Assembly (NCBI RefSeq): GCF_964204645.1
Contig: NC_134026.1
Coordinates: 1,945,950-2,009,949, forward strand
Direction of reading: 5' to 3'
Source: Tubulanus polymorphus
Lineage: Eukaryota > Animalia > Nemertea
DNA length: 64,000 bases
In this document: positions 26,930 to 57,105 of the stretch, piece after piece
How the letters are laid out: the number at the start of each line of letters is the position of its first letter
Numbering within the stretch: position 1 is the stretch's first letter
The notes under the pieces: generated by a model
Database searches by the model: none
Seen by the model: the letters and a program-made list of their open reading frames with translations, nothing else
What the model was told of the DNA's origin: nothing
Translations under genes and position numbers: made by a program

Positions 26930-27260
26930 AGTTTTTAAGTGGGAAGTAAAATAGAGGAATAAAATCCTTTAATTTGATTTTATTTGACAGCTATCTCTGA
27001 TGGTGGTTAATTGGGCAACTTCAACATAATTACAGCAACTGATTACAAGCAAACGATACTTTTCTGAATGAGTTAATTGTAGAGTACAACAGTTATTCAT
27101 TTAATCATTCGCCCCTATTTGCAAAGGGGTAATTTTAAGTAGTTTACGCGTTGTTTTCTTCCTCAATTAAAACATCGCCGCCACGACCTTGAGAGTAGAA
27201 GGTTACATGGCAAGTGGGGATTCAATTCATTTTATTGCTAGAAATATCAAAATCTGTAAA

Positions 27261-29052
27261 ATGTCTCACATATTATGCCGTGGTGGTGACAGTAATAGAA
27301 ATAATCCAATTTACAGTGAAATAATTATCAGATTCTGCTTATTGTTCGTATTCATGTAAGTTTTGAGGAAAATTGATTATGAATAATTAGGCCAACATAA
27401 TAAATTAATTAGGCAAAAAAGTAGTATTGCTTTGCTGACTGAATGTTTTGTTAAAATTTTTCTTACCCACTGACACTTACTAAACTATGATATTCGCTGC
27501 ATTTTTTTAATTTGTCGCCTCTTGACTACAATATATTAATGACAGAAGTCTAGTCTGCAGAAATAAAAGATATTTTTTAATTTCATATATTTTGCAACAT
27601 CTTCATTTCTAACCCACCCTTCTGCTGGTATCTTCAATTTCAAACTCTCTCTCCTTTTTTTTCAGTGCCACCGAATTTTTAGAACCAGTGAAGAGAGTGA
27701 TACAGCCAGAGGAATGGTGGTTATACCGAAATCCAACTACTCCTAGTTATGTGTCGGCATTTCATCTTTGGGTATGTCTAAGTAGACTGCAATTACTTTA
27801 ACACTGGGTATAAATCAGCTATATCTATCACACTGCCAGTAATAACACTATGATCATTTTATGTTTCATAGATTTTGGTGTGTTCAATTCCTTCCATTGT
27901 GATTGTATGTTGGACACTTAAATCAAGAAATTTAAATGATTGTTTCCAGGCATGTCTAGGTAAAGTACTCAAGATTTGAATCGAGATATAAACATGCTGA
28001 TTTAGGTATATTATTTTCTTATACTTGTTTGTATCATTCCAGCTGCATCTCTTGGTTTATTGTTGAATGGTATCATCACTAATTGCATCAAACTAATTGC
28101 AGGAAGGTAAAATATATGCATGTTACTTTGCACTGGGATCGGACAGTAAAGCTTGCTTGGCTTCCCTCTCCATTTTGTCAACCAACTATTTTATAATATT
28201 TTTTGTCATAGACCTTAGACACAGGAGTATGAACTCTTGTCTCTTGATATTTTCAGACCTCGTCCAGATTTCTTCTACCGATGTTTTCCTGATGGAGTCT
28301 TGAAGAAAAGTTCTAATGGTTTATATCTATTCAATGAAATATGTACAGGAAGTCGTAGGATGTTGAACGAAGGGAGGAAAAGTTTTCCAAGCGGTCATTC
28401 ATCATGTAAGATGATCCAGTACTTTATAATAATATATAATAATAATCAATAATTAGTGCTTATATAGCGCCTTTCCAATGAATGCTCAAAGCGCTGTCAC
28501 TCAATTATTACCCAGCTTCTGTTACCAATCCAGTACATTCTTACTCTTACTTTAGTCTAATCACTACCTATATCTGTTAGAGTTCATAATAATGGGTGCA
28601 ATGTTTTTATTTTCAGTTGCATTCGCCACTTTTGGGTTTGTTACGTTATTCTTAGCCGGAAAGTTGAGAATATTTCACCGCGAAGGTAGAAGAAACTCAC
28701 TACGACTTATAGCCGTCATACTTCCATTACTTATAGCTACGATTATTGCTTTATCGAGAACAATTGACTATCATCATCACTGGCAAGGTAAAAACCTTAG
28801 TAACATCTACGAGCAATGATCCGAAATGATTGCTCGTAGGTAACATGGAATAGGTACAGATGTTTTTCTAAGCTATGTATAAGTTGTTATTTTTCGACTA
28901 TTGTAGATGTAATGGTTGGTTCTATATTGGGTTCAGTGATTATGTACTTGAGTTATCATCATTATTATCCGACTGCTTTCCATTCTCATTGCGAAACACC
29001 ACACTGTCAGCCGACGCGTAAGAAATGCGACTCCGATCAACAAATCGTGTAA
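27261..29052 (+). CDS. PLPP5: Phospholipid phosphatase, PAP2 family (PLPP4/PLPP5, PPAPDC1-like)
   Basis: [58 protein letters not shown]. Stop TAA 29050-29052. Confidence 0.85.
28428..28520 (-). mobile_element. 3' tail of L2-type LINE/SINE
   Basis: Minus strand reads AGCGCTTTGAGCAT...AAAGGCGCTATATAA followed by a short ATT-type repeat, the usual L2/MIR-class 3' stem-loop tail. Confidence 0.6.
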
Positions 29053-29584
29053 ATTATATAGATTTATAGATATCATATATAGATTACTAGTCATTTACAT
29101 ATTTGATTATTATAAATGTATACTCTGTTGGTTGTATGATATATTTATTTGAATCTCCTAAGTAAATAAAGTACATTTATTAAACTGAAAATCAGTCTCG
29201 ATACATGTATCACTGGGTTATTCAATTTTTGTAACTGAATGCTTGGTTCTTCTCAACCGATCGTTAATACTGGTTATTTTCTCTGGCGAAACCCAAATAT
29301 ATGCCCTCCCCTTTCCTCTGGTGTCGTTTTGTGGTTTTAAACCCAAATGGTTTAGGACTGGTCAGCATCCCCAACTTACTGGTTTATCCAAGACAGAAAT
29401 TTCAGCCAGACTAAGAAAGAACTGCATACAAAAACTACTGTTCTTCAAAACAACCTGTGCGCTATAAATGATTTATTCTACAACAAGACGTATACATCCT
29501 TCAGGTTTAACGCGGAGTTGAGGAAAGCGTGTTTCCGTCATACAACGAAGCTAAGCGGAATTATTCACTTTCGAATTCGCTCGT

Positions 29585-31806
29585 TCAAAGTTTAATGTAT
29601 GATTGTAAATCCTTCAAGAATTTCAAATAAAGCGAATGTTCGTAAGCTGTACAATGTTCTACCATATTATTAATGAACTGATCATCGATCCCTTGATCTT
29701 CTAAACGCCGGATTAGGTTATCATACAATTGCTGAAAATAGAATCAGTATTTTTCGTTAAGTTTATTCCGAGCAATAATCTGTCTAGATACAGTTTTAAA
29801 ACCCTGATTCGATGAGTAATTAATCTGTACAACAGTATCTTGATAGGGTATGTGTAAATATCATTGTATAGGCTGATCCAAAATAATATTGTAGTAAGGA
29901 TATGACAAGGGCTGATCCAAAATAAATAGTGCCTGAATCGTATAGTTACTGCTACAAGTTTCGATTTGGTCAATGTAATAATAGTATAGATAGATACCTC
30001 ATCCATAATAGCAGTAGAGACATGATAATTCTTATCTTTCCATTCGCCATCATGAATACAAACTTCATCAATAGTTATCAAATCAGCTAAAACAAACAAA
30101 TTAAAAACATAAATACATGTATATTTGTATACTAATACATGGTACCAAGAGATCATTCATTCCTGGATATAATGAGTTTTGAAGGAGTAAATTTCAAATT
30201 TTTGAGGAGTGTCTGCTTCATCGCTCTCATATCGCAATTACAGTAGACTCCTCCTAAATCGGTACTGTTTTATCTCTGTAAAGCATTAATTTGGTGGTCA
30301 TGTAAACCAATTTTTACCCTTTACATATAAACTTGGTTTCAGTAACCGCCTAATTGGGTTAAAAATCCAGGCCCCAACTGTATAGATTTAGGGGTAGTCT
30401 ACTGAAAAATTACAAACTAGACAAAAATTTATAATTGCCTATTTCTCAAAATTGAAGTAGTTTTGAGTATCATTACTGTTAGACAAACTAGATATCGATT
30501 TAAACAACTGTCATCATTTTCTTTCTGACGTTTCTAAGATTTTGACATTTTGTTCAAATTTAAGAGTTTCAAGCATCTTTAATAGCATTTTCCATTTTAA
30601 AAGGAGTTTTTAAGGAATCACGGAGCTGTAGGGACCCTATAATAAATTTAAGATATCTACGTCAAATGATCAATAAACTGCACCGTACCATAACTGTCAA
30701 CGCTTGCACTAAATTCACCGTTGTCTTGAGGCATCGAATCATCGGTAAAACTGCACGTGAGAGACAAAGTTTTACCGTCCTTTTTCATATCTACAACAAA
30801 TGATGGCTGACACGCCATCTATACGAAATAAACAGAATTAACAGCAGCCACACTTAAAACAGGGTTTGAGGCTGGATCCCTGCCCTGGACCAACTTTAAT
30901 AATCATTAACTTTGATGTTTGTTGAAATCTTAAATAGCAATGGAATGCGAAGTGAGATAATGCTCAAGTTGAACAGATTTTCGTACTCTGAAAGATCTAA
31001 CTTCACTTACATCTTCGATTTCATCATTATTTTCTTGATGATCGTTTGAATCTTTACCAAATGAAGGTGCAGCATCAACTGCATTGTTTACATTGACTGT
31101 TACTAGAATCCTGAAAACGAATTCAAGCTTGAATTGAAGAATGTTTGGAATACATCGTAAGCAATTTACATGCTACATTAGCCCTTACTACTTACTCTTC
31201 ACCAGATGAACTTTTTTTCGAGAAAATGATCTCTGCTCCATTTGTTTCAACTTTAAAATCACCAACTTTGTCCGACCAAGATTTCTGTTTTTGAACTTCA
31301 TATTTGATTTCCTTGTCTAGAAATTCAAGTATTGTCGATTCCCCGCCTGAAGTGAACAGTTAAATTGTGTTTAGATTAATAATAATTGACAAGACCTCGC
31401 CTACAAATTTATGTATTATAAAACTACTAATTCTACAATTTCGAATACAGGAATTTAATAAGAAACTGGCTCGGCTGCAAAAAAACTTTATAAGAATAAC
31501 TTGTTGATGGTTAATATTTGCAGTAGTGAACTCACTCGAATTTGATTTTTGTTGTCTGCCCGAATTGTGAATACCGCAGCAGCCACAGGGTAGTAATTTC
31601 GTACTCGTACTTAGGCATGAATGGCCGAGAAGCGGTGCCGCTAGCCGGTGTCCGGGACGGACAGCGTGCTGCTGCTGTGCGGGGATGGAGAGCGCCGCCG
31701 GTACGCTGCTGTAGCAAGAAAAGCTCTTGACAACACATTTATTTGATCTGGGTATGACCCGCAGAATACTGCGGAGTACCGTGTGGCTCGTCGACATCAA
31801 TGACAT
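29585..31806 (-). CDS. C1QBP: Mitochondrial acidic matrix protein p32/MAM33
   Basis: Basic presequence ending PCGCCGIH, LEFLDKEIKYE, PSFVVDMKKDGKTLSLTCSF, IDEVCIHDGEWKDKNY, LYDNLIRRLEDQGIDDQF...AYEHSLYLKFLKDL. Confidence 0.88.
30241..30404. mobile_element. pogo/Tigger-like MITE in C1QBP intron
   Basis: TA|CAGTAGACTCCTCCTAAATC...GATTTAGGGGTAGTCTACTG inverted termini. Confidence 0.65.
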
Positions 31807-32441
31807 CCTATAAAGTATAAATTTGAGCTGACTGACTCGTTCAATTTTCTGAATATTCCAATCGTAAAAATCATACGAGCTAAAAAAAACGGAAGTGGCA
31901 ATTGAGTTCAATTGCGCGTGCGCTCAGGGGTATTTGTAAAATCAGAAATGTCAAATGAGTGAAGAAATTTATAATTTTTTACTTGATCAAAAATGCTAAA
32001 TACTAATCAAAATTCAAGTATAATCTCATGATCTTTATTTTTATGTATTCTTATATTAGATGCGAAATATTTGTGCCACGTTTAAAATGATCTTCGATAG
32101 AATTACTATCCGAAATTGCCGCAGCCTATAGTTGCCAAGTGCGTGATAAAAAGCCAGGTGCTACTTTTAAATCAACTCATTTTGAGATAATTAACCAGAA
32201 AAAGCTATTTGAAAATACTAAAATCAATTGATTTTAAGAAAATAGAAAATTTTGTAGATATGAATGTCAAATAACTAAATTAAAGTGAATTAGCTGAGAA
32301 CTATTTACCGGGCACGTAATGTACTTGTTTACATGACAGCTGTTAATAGGCAACACTTCCGGGTTCGAAATTTTGACAACTTTTTCATACAAATGTTCCG
32401 AAATTTCAGAAGCTTCGATTTTTCCTGCCTTTATTGACAAT

Positions 32442-50939
<18,498 letters not shown>

Positions 50940-51794
50940 GATAGGAGAATACATGTATATCATTGATTGAAGTATTTTTGTATAATTTATAGATTCCTGA
51001 GTGTATTGTGAATTATATCTTTAGTTGTTTTCATGATTCATTGATACACAGCTACAAACAAAGGTCGTCCACTTGAATCCGTCCTATTTCAACCGTCCGT
51101 TGATCTATATACATACTTATTCTTGAAAATTTTGATGTATACCGCTACATAAAAATGACAGTGTTTTAACGTAAAAAGTTTGAAATTATCTGTTCGTTTT
51201 GTTCGTTTATCATTTACGTATATACTGGATATTGACATCGTATTGAGATTGAGATATTGTTATCATATTCAAATAAAACATAATGACAAAATATCACATG
51301 CGTTCTTTCAAACTCGGACTCCAGTATCCATCTAAGAAAGGATTTTCAGCATCTTTAGTATTTTTCCATTCAACATTCTGGGAATCAACGAACTCCGCAA
51401 ACTATTCCATTACTTCGCTGACCTAGTGCTACAGTGGACACTCTTTAGAAAGTATAAAACACTTGAATTTTAGATCGTTCAACTACCATACAGAAATCTA
51501 TCGCCATTCCATTCCATCCCGATAGCAACTTTTTGGACCGAAAACGTCCTTAATGAAAAGACTGTTAGACCCTTGGAATCATCAAAGACACGGTGATTTT
51601 CTAAGTGCGATAAGTTTATTGAAATCAATAAGTGAAAAAACTACATGTTTACTAATTCACAGTTGATCTTAAAGGATCATTAAGTTTGAATTATTTGAGA
51701 AAAAACTTTTACATAAAACTACGTGATAATAATACAGGTTTGGTGAAAGTACAACATTCCTTTGTTAAAAGGAGACAAACAACTAAATCACCAA

Positions 51795-52171
51795 CAGGCG
51801 CGGATCTAGGGAGGGGGGCCCACCCCTCCTTTAAGTGAAGATCGGTTTTTTTCGACCGACCTCCCGCCACTCGCTTAATATATAAGCTTATAGAAATAAT
51901 TTTGATCAGTTTTAAATGAAAATTAATCCCTTTGTTTTAGTTTATCAGCAGCGGGAAAGTATTTGTCATGAATTCTTTCCTCAGAATGCAGGAAATGGCC
52001 CCAAAACAGAGTTAAATTTCAAAAATTTTCTGGGGGTTGCAGGGGCTAAGCGCCGCAGGCGCGAAGCGTAGGAACGTCGCGGGCCTACGCCGCTCGGTGT
52101 CAATACAGTATCATCATAGCTACATTCATTAGGTGCCCCCCCCCCTAAATTGGGCTCTAGATCCGCCCCTG
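51795..52171. mobile_element. hAT-like MITE with 6-bp TSD
   Basis: CAGGCGCGGATCTAG...CTAGATCCGCCCCTG flanked by CACCAA on both sides. Related ends at ~33500-33515 and ~54875-54890. Confidence 0.78.
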
Positions 52172-52204
52172 CACCAAAATCTTGATCCTGTTCTCGTTTT
52201 TCAT

Positions 52205-52900
52205 TCAAATTGAAATCAACTGTAATAGTTCGAACGATATAACTCCCACTTCTGAATCTGATTCTTCCTTCCAAATAATTTCAATTCGTTGATTTTCTTG
52301 TTTCGCGATATTTTCTAACATATCCAAATATCCACAAGTAGAACTGAATCCTATGATCGCTTTCCCACCAGGACGCAGATGTTGTTGGACACCAGCTATA
52401 AAACGTGAAGTCGCCTTGTAACCAGGATCGATGATAGATAAATCTAACAGCGACAATCCTGGCGTATCGGGCGGGACGTGAAAAAACGGCACATTCCAGA
52501 ATATCGTATCAAACGTTTCATCATCGGATATTTGGTTAAAAACATCAGAGCACCGCAGCTGACCGGGCACATTAAAACGCTCGAAATTTTCTTTCGTATT
52601 TTCCAAAGCTCTCTCGTTGATATCGGTCGCTAAGATGTAACTGAGATTTTCTTTATTTCGCAGATAATGTATAACACTGACACAACCGCTACCGCAACCA
52701 ATTTCTAGAAATCGGGCGTCAGATTTGGTTTCCAAGGGAAGATTTTCGGCGAACATCCCATGTCCTGAATTTTTCATATGGAATACACCATCTAATCCGA
52801 TAAACGTTTCCCCACAGAACTGGAAATCGGATATTTCAAGTTGGTTGTGTAAAATAACTTTACATTGCTCCATAAAACTCTTTCTTGCTTCTCCAGCCAT
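52205..52900 (-). CDS. Intronless class I SAM-dependent methyltransferase (HemK/PrmC-like small MTase fold)
   Basis: 231-aa uninterrupted ORF with motif I FLEIGCGSG, ATDINERALENTKEN, SDVF, motif IV FDTIFWNVPF, and HLRPGG. Confidence 0.88.
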   Translation of the reverse strand: MAGEARKSFMEQCKVILHNQLEISDFQFCGETFIGLDGVFHMKNSGHGMFAENLPLETKSDARFLEIGCGSGCVSVIHYLRNKENLSYILATDINERALENTKENFERFNVPGQLRCSDVFNQISDDETFDTIFWNVPFFHVPPDTPGLSLLDLSIIDPGYKATSRFIAGVQQHLRPGGKAIIGFSSTCGYLDMLENIAKQENQRIEIIWKEESDSEVGVISFELLQLISI

Positions 52901-53003
52901 TTGTTAGTGCGAGGCCTGATTCGTTGAAATTCTACGTAGTTTGGCGAACGCCAGTAAACAGTTTATGTTAGAAGAAATAGGTCATCTGCTGTAGTATCCC
53001 GCC

Positions 53004-53326
53004 TAAGTCAGTAACCTGACTGTGATTTAGTTTCACGATCGGATATTTTGTTGGTATAAGCCCATCCGATTATAAAAAGCTTAGGCTAAACAAAAATGAT
53101 ACCTTGTTTCTCCGCAGCGGCCGGGTCATTTTTGTAAAATATGATAAAATTTATAAACAGTTCATTTCTATAGCGGCCGGGTCTGTTATGGTAAAATTGA
53201 TCACGATTTAAAAAAAAGTAATGTATAGGGTAGATAGGCGGCCGGCCAGGTCAACATTTAAGCTCAGCAGAGCGGAGAAACAAGGTATCAATTTTTTAGC
53301 CTTACCAACGATTAGGTAACTAACTA
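53004..53326. mobile_element. 9-bp-TSD element, copy B, interrupted by a nested Harbinger-like MITE
   Basis: Reverse orientation of 48022-48141; flanked by TATCCCGCC at 52995-53003 and 53327-53335. Confidence 0.85.
53084..53300. mobile_element. PIF/Harbinger-like MITE, copy B (nested)
   Basis: TTA|GGCTAAAC...TTTAGCC|TTA: 3-bp TTA TSD. Confidence 0.85.
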
Positions 53327-53833
53327 TATCCCGCCCTGCGTGTCAATCATTTAGCATGAGCCTATCCCGCGGAGTCGGAAATAAACAGTTGTATTTTGCA
53401 TATCAAACGAAAAGAGTCTTCTCTCATTCTTTTCTCTGCGTCGTCGCACTGCAGCAACGATTAGGTAACTAACTAGGAAAACAGAAGGAACACGTAGAAA
53501 CAGAAAATAGGGAAATTCTACAACTATGTTGTAATGATAATTTCTATCTTTATCTTCTTTTTTCGGCGGGGTCCGGGGCCCGCGAGTTCGGAAGGCGCCA
53601 ATAAAGATGCAAATCATCTTTTACACTTATCATTTCATTAGGATCGTAGAGCGACGGAGATCTCTGGGGACACCCGCTGACAGGACTGGGTGAACTTTGA
53701 TACGAGCCCCGGCCTGTAGCCCAGTGCCCGCTGACTTATAGTATTGGGCGGTGACCGGCCCGCGCGTCGAGGGCACTTATTCACGACCAGGAGGTTTCGC
53801 CCTCTGTTGTTGACATTCAAAACTATTCATACG

Positions 53834-55966
53834 ATGCTATTTCAATGTCAGTTACTCAAGGTCGTTTCTAGTCGTCTAGTTCCCCGTTTAGCTTCATCCT
53901 CTTCGACAATAATGACTACCAAATATAAGATCGTTCTCGTCAGACATGGTGAAAGTGAGTGGAATAAGCTGAATTTATTTTGCGGATGGCATGATGCACC
54001 ACTATCACAAACTGGAATCGCTGAAGCTCACGATGCAGGAAAGGTGAAAACAAATCCAACGATTTTTTTCTCTTGACGACGTACTTCCGTTCCTATTTAT
54101 TCCTAGTCTCAGTCAGTAGCCGGCCCTAAGTCTTAGTATTTTTTCCACGTTCTTGCTCATCATTTACCTTTCAATTTTAAGTTGTTGAAGGAAAAAGGTT
54201 ACACGTTCGATGTTGCATACACGAGTGTTTTGAAACGCGCCGTCAAAACGTTGAATATTATTCAAGAGGAATTAGATCTCGACTGGATTCCGGTTCATCG
54301 TCATTATAGACTGAATGAACGTATGTATGGAGGATTAACTGGTTTGAATAAAGCAGAAACTGCTAAGCTTCACGGTGAAGATAAAGTAAAGGTTTGTATG
54401 ATAGTTTATGATTGAGTTCAGAGACAGCAGAGTGGTAGTCCTGGTCTTCACCCGTCAAGGGATTCGAACCCACTACGCTAATAATGCTGTTCCCCTAACC
54501 CCTTGACCTCACGAGTCGTCGTAGTCATTACTATCCGACCAGAATCAGGTCGGACCAATCACAGCGCTTGTAACAAACAACGTTAGTCTGCTGTTGGAAT
54601 GCCCGTTAAATGAACCAATCAGCGAAAGTTTTACCGAACAAGGAAGTATTTCGCAAGTCGATTTATTACGCGTCATGCGCAAAAGCGCCAGTAATGAAAT
54701 CGCGCGTCTTGAGGCCAGGGGGCGCTGGTGGGAGCGAGTTTGGGGAGCGATACCGGACCCCTGGCAAGCGAGGATGGGTCTTTTATAGGTTTTGATTTTC
54801 GTACGACTAATTTTGCTTCGCTCATAAGCTGTTTGTTTGGATTAATTACCCTTCTCATTCATTCCTTCAAAATCCTAGATCTGCCCCCAGTTTAGCCACC
54901 TGTTAATATTGCCTGATTTTTCTACTCAGATTTGGCGACGATCTTATGCTATTCCTCCACCTGATGTTGATTTAGACAGTTCAGAATACCCTGGCAACGA
55001 TCGAAGATACAAGGTAGGCGAACGATAGTTTTTAAGAATAATTACTCAAACACTTCAGCAATCCTATGATTAAATGCAATTTTCTTTTGTAGATGGTCGA
55101 CAAAAGTTTGATACCGAGAGCGGAATGTTTGAAGGACACTGTTGAACGTGTTTTGCCTTATTGGTTTGATGCGATCGTTCCTTCTATACTCGTACGTATC
55201 AAAATCATCATCCAAATCTAATCACTTGCTGGATTGAAATCAATTCTAATGAGAGAATAAATGATTTAACCTTAGTAATATCCTTAGCTGAGTCCAGATG
55301 AAATGCGACTCAACAGTCAAAACATCGAAAATGAATACATGTATATTGTACCTATTATCTTGTTTCAGAGCGGACAAAGAGTAATCGTTTCTGCTCATGG
55401 CAACAGTTTGAGAGGTCTTGTGAAATATTTGGATAAAATACCCGACGATGAAATTGTCGGACTCAATATCCCGACTGGTAAGTTCGTGTCGTAATAACTC
55501 CCGCACTTAAACACGTCGAGTGCCGGTTACAAATTAACTCATACTTTCGGTTCTGTCACCAGTACCGGCTACGAATGTATTCATAAAGATTCTTCATATT
55601 TACACTACGATTATTGCATCCTGGTATGTACGGGAACGACACAGTTCCCGATTGGCTGGCAATGTGAACAAACTCGGCTTCATTCTCAATGCTCATTGGT
55701 CAATTTCGAGCAAAGGCTGACTACGTAATTGCCGCCAACCTACGGGCGTATTCGTGTGGCACTGCATCATCAAGCTGGCAGCAAATGAGTTAAAATAAAA
55801 ACGAATACGATAATTTCATGTTTCATTTTCCTGTGTATTTATAGGTTTACCATTGGTTTATGAATTAGACGAAGACCTGAAACCAGTGAAACATTATTAT
55901 CTCGCTTCAGAAGAAGAAGTAGCGGCTCGTGTTGCTAAAGTAGTTGCGCAGGGAAAATCTAAATAG
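53834..55966 (+). CDS. PGAM: 2,3-bisphosphoglycerate-dependent phosphoglycerate mutase (core Met at 53912; upstream in-frame Met at 53834)
   Basis: [75 protein letters not shown]. Stop TAG 55964-55966. Confidence 0.95.
54420..54890. repeat. Composite repeat debris in PGAM intron (SINE-like B-box segment plus MITE end)
   Basis: GGGATTCGAACCCAC at ~54459-54473; CTAGATCTGCCCC end resembling the 51795-52171 family. Confidence 0.45.
55538..55789. mobile_element. piggyBac-like MITE remnant
   Basis: TTAA|CTCAT...ATGAG|TTAA termini in a PGAM intron; TIR short and degenerate. Confidence 0.45.
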
Positions 55967-56726
55967 ATTTTATCGAGCGCATTCCCAACTTACCAAATAC
56001 ACAATCACCTTCTTATTTAATTACATATGTGTAATATTCATTCATGTATGTAATTCACAGATGAACTAATTTGTCCGTATTGTGAATTAATAGCATGGTT
56101 CTGTTTGAACCCTACTGCTTCAAGCAGGTCTGTTAAACTTTTTTTGCTATTTTGCGATTAAGATGATTCGAAATGAATTGTTGTACTTATTCAAAAAAAG
56201 GAAAGGGCATATCAACAGTTCAACACATTTAAAAACCGTAAACGATTTCTTCACCTAGCGAAGAAAAATAACTTATTTAAACTGTTAAAGGTTATACTGT
56301 AGAACGTTGTATAAGTTTGTTTAGGTGCTGTTTACGAAATACTATCAGATGCTTTATATTTGTTTTGCTATTTTCAACTTGGTCAAAGTTACATGTCATG
56401 AGTAAAGATATAGAGTAGACACCACAGAGTTGTATGTATCATATATACATGTAGATTTGTCTCTTATAATATTCAATTGTTAGGTTATAACAAAAGAACG
56501 TGTTAATAATAACATGAAGATTTTGACCAAATCCAATACAAGTTCATTATTATCTCATCACTGTTGTTGATTTCTGAATTCTCGGGATATTGAGGAATGT
56601 CGAATTCTGTTCTGATGTAGAATAATCTGCAGCTCCATTCACAGCCTAGATAATAAGTACGATGATTGAAAGTTTAATGTCTAGTGTTTTCTGAAGTCTA
56701 GTCTCGAGTATAAACACCTGAGGTGA

Positions 56727-56839
56727 TAGTAACCTGACTGGTTTAGTTTCACGATCGGATATTTTCACAAACCATATCCGGTTTGTATAAGCCCATCCAA
56801 TTATAAAAAGCTTACCACCAACGATTAGATAACTAACTA
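56727..56839. mobile_element. 9-bp-TSD element, copy C
   Basis: Same sequence family; flanked by CTGAGGTGA at 56718-56726 and 56840-56848. Confidence 0.85.
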
Positions 56840-57105
56840 CTGAGGTGAAGCCTGGATGATCAATTACTCAGAAGACAATGCGTTCAAATTTTAAGGGTAA
56901 GGTACTCGCTGCTGATAGGAAATTTCGTCGATAACCGAAGATATCTCGTGATCAACGTGATTCAATATCGTGTTATGATTTTTAACGACTAATATTTTAT
57001 ATTTACACAAAATCATTAAAACAACTTAGATGATTATAACAATATTATTCACATGTGTATGGACGGGTATAAATATCACATTATTGATTATATCGTACAT
57101 GTTTA

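Noticed and set aside
32120-32345. RFX X-box or FOXJ1 sites upstream of CFAP46
   Set aside because: Only half-site or weak matches (GTTGCCA, TGTTTAC), expected by chance in AT-rich DNA.
51981-52274. 97-aa ORF overlapping the MTase 3' end
   Set aside because: It runs through the 51795-52171 MITE and has no recognisable domain.
53640-53760. 7SK, telomerase RNA, SRP or RNase MRP identity suggested by short matches (GCGGGTGTCCCC, CGCTGACTT, GCCTGTAG)
   Set aside because: Matches are short and in the wrong order or context; no template, terminator or conserved-region set was found.
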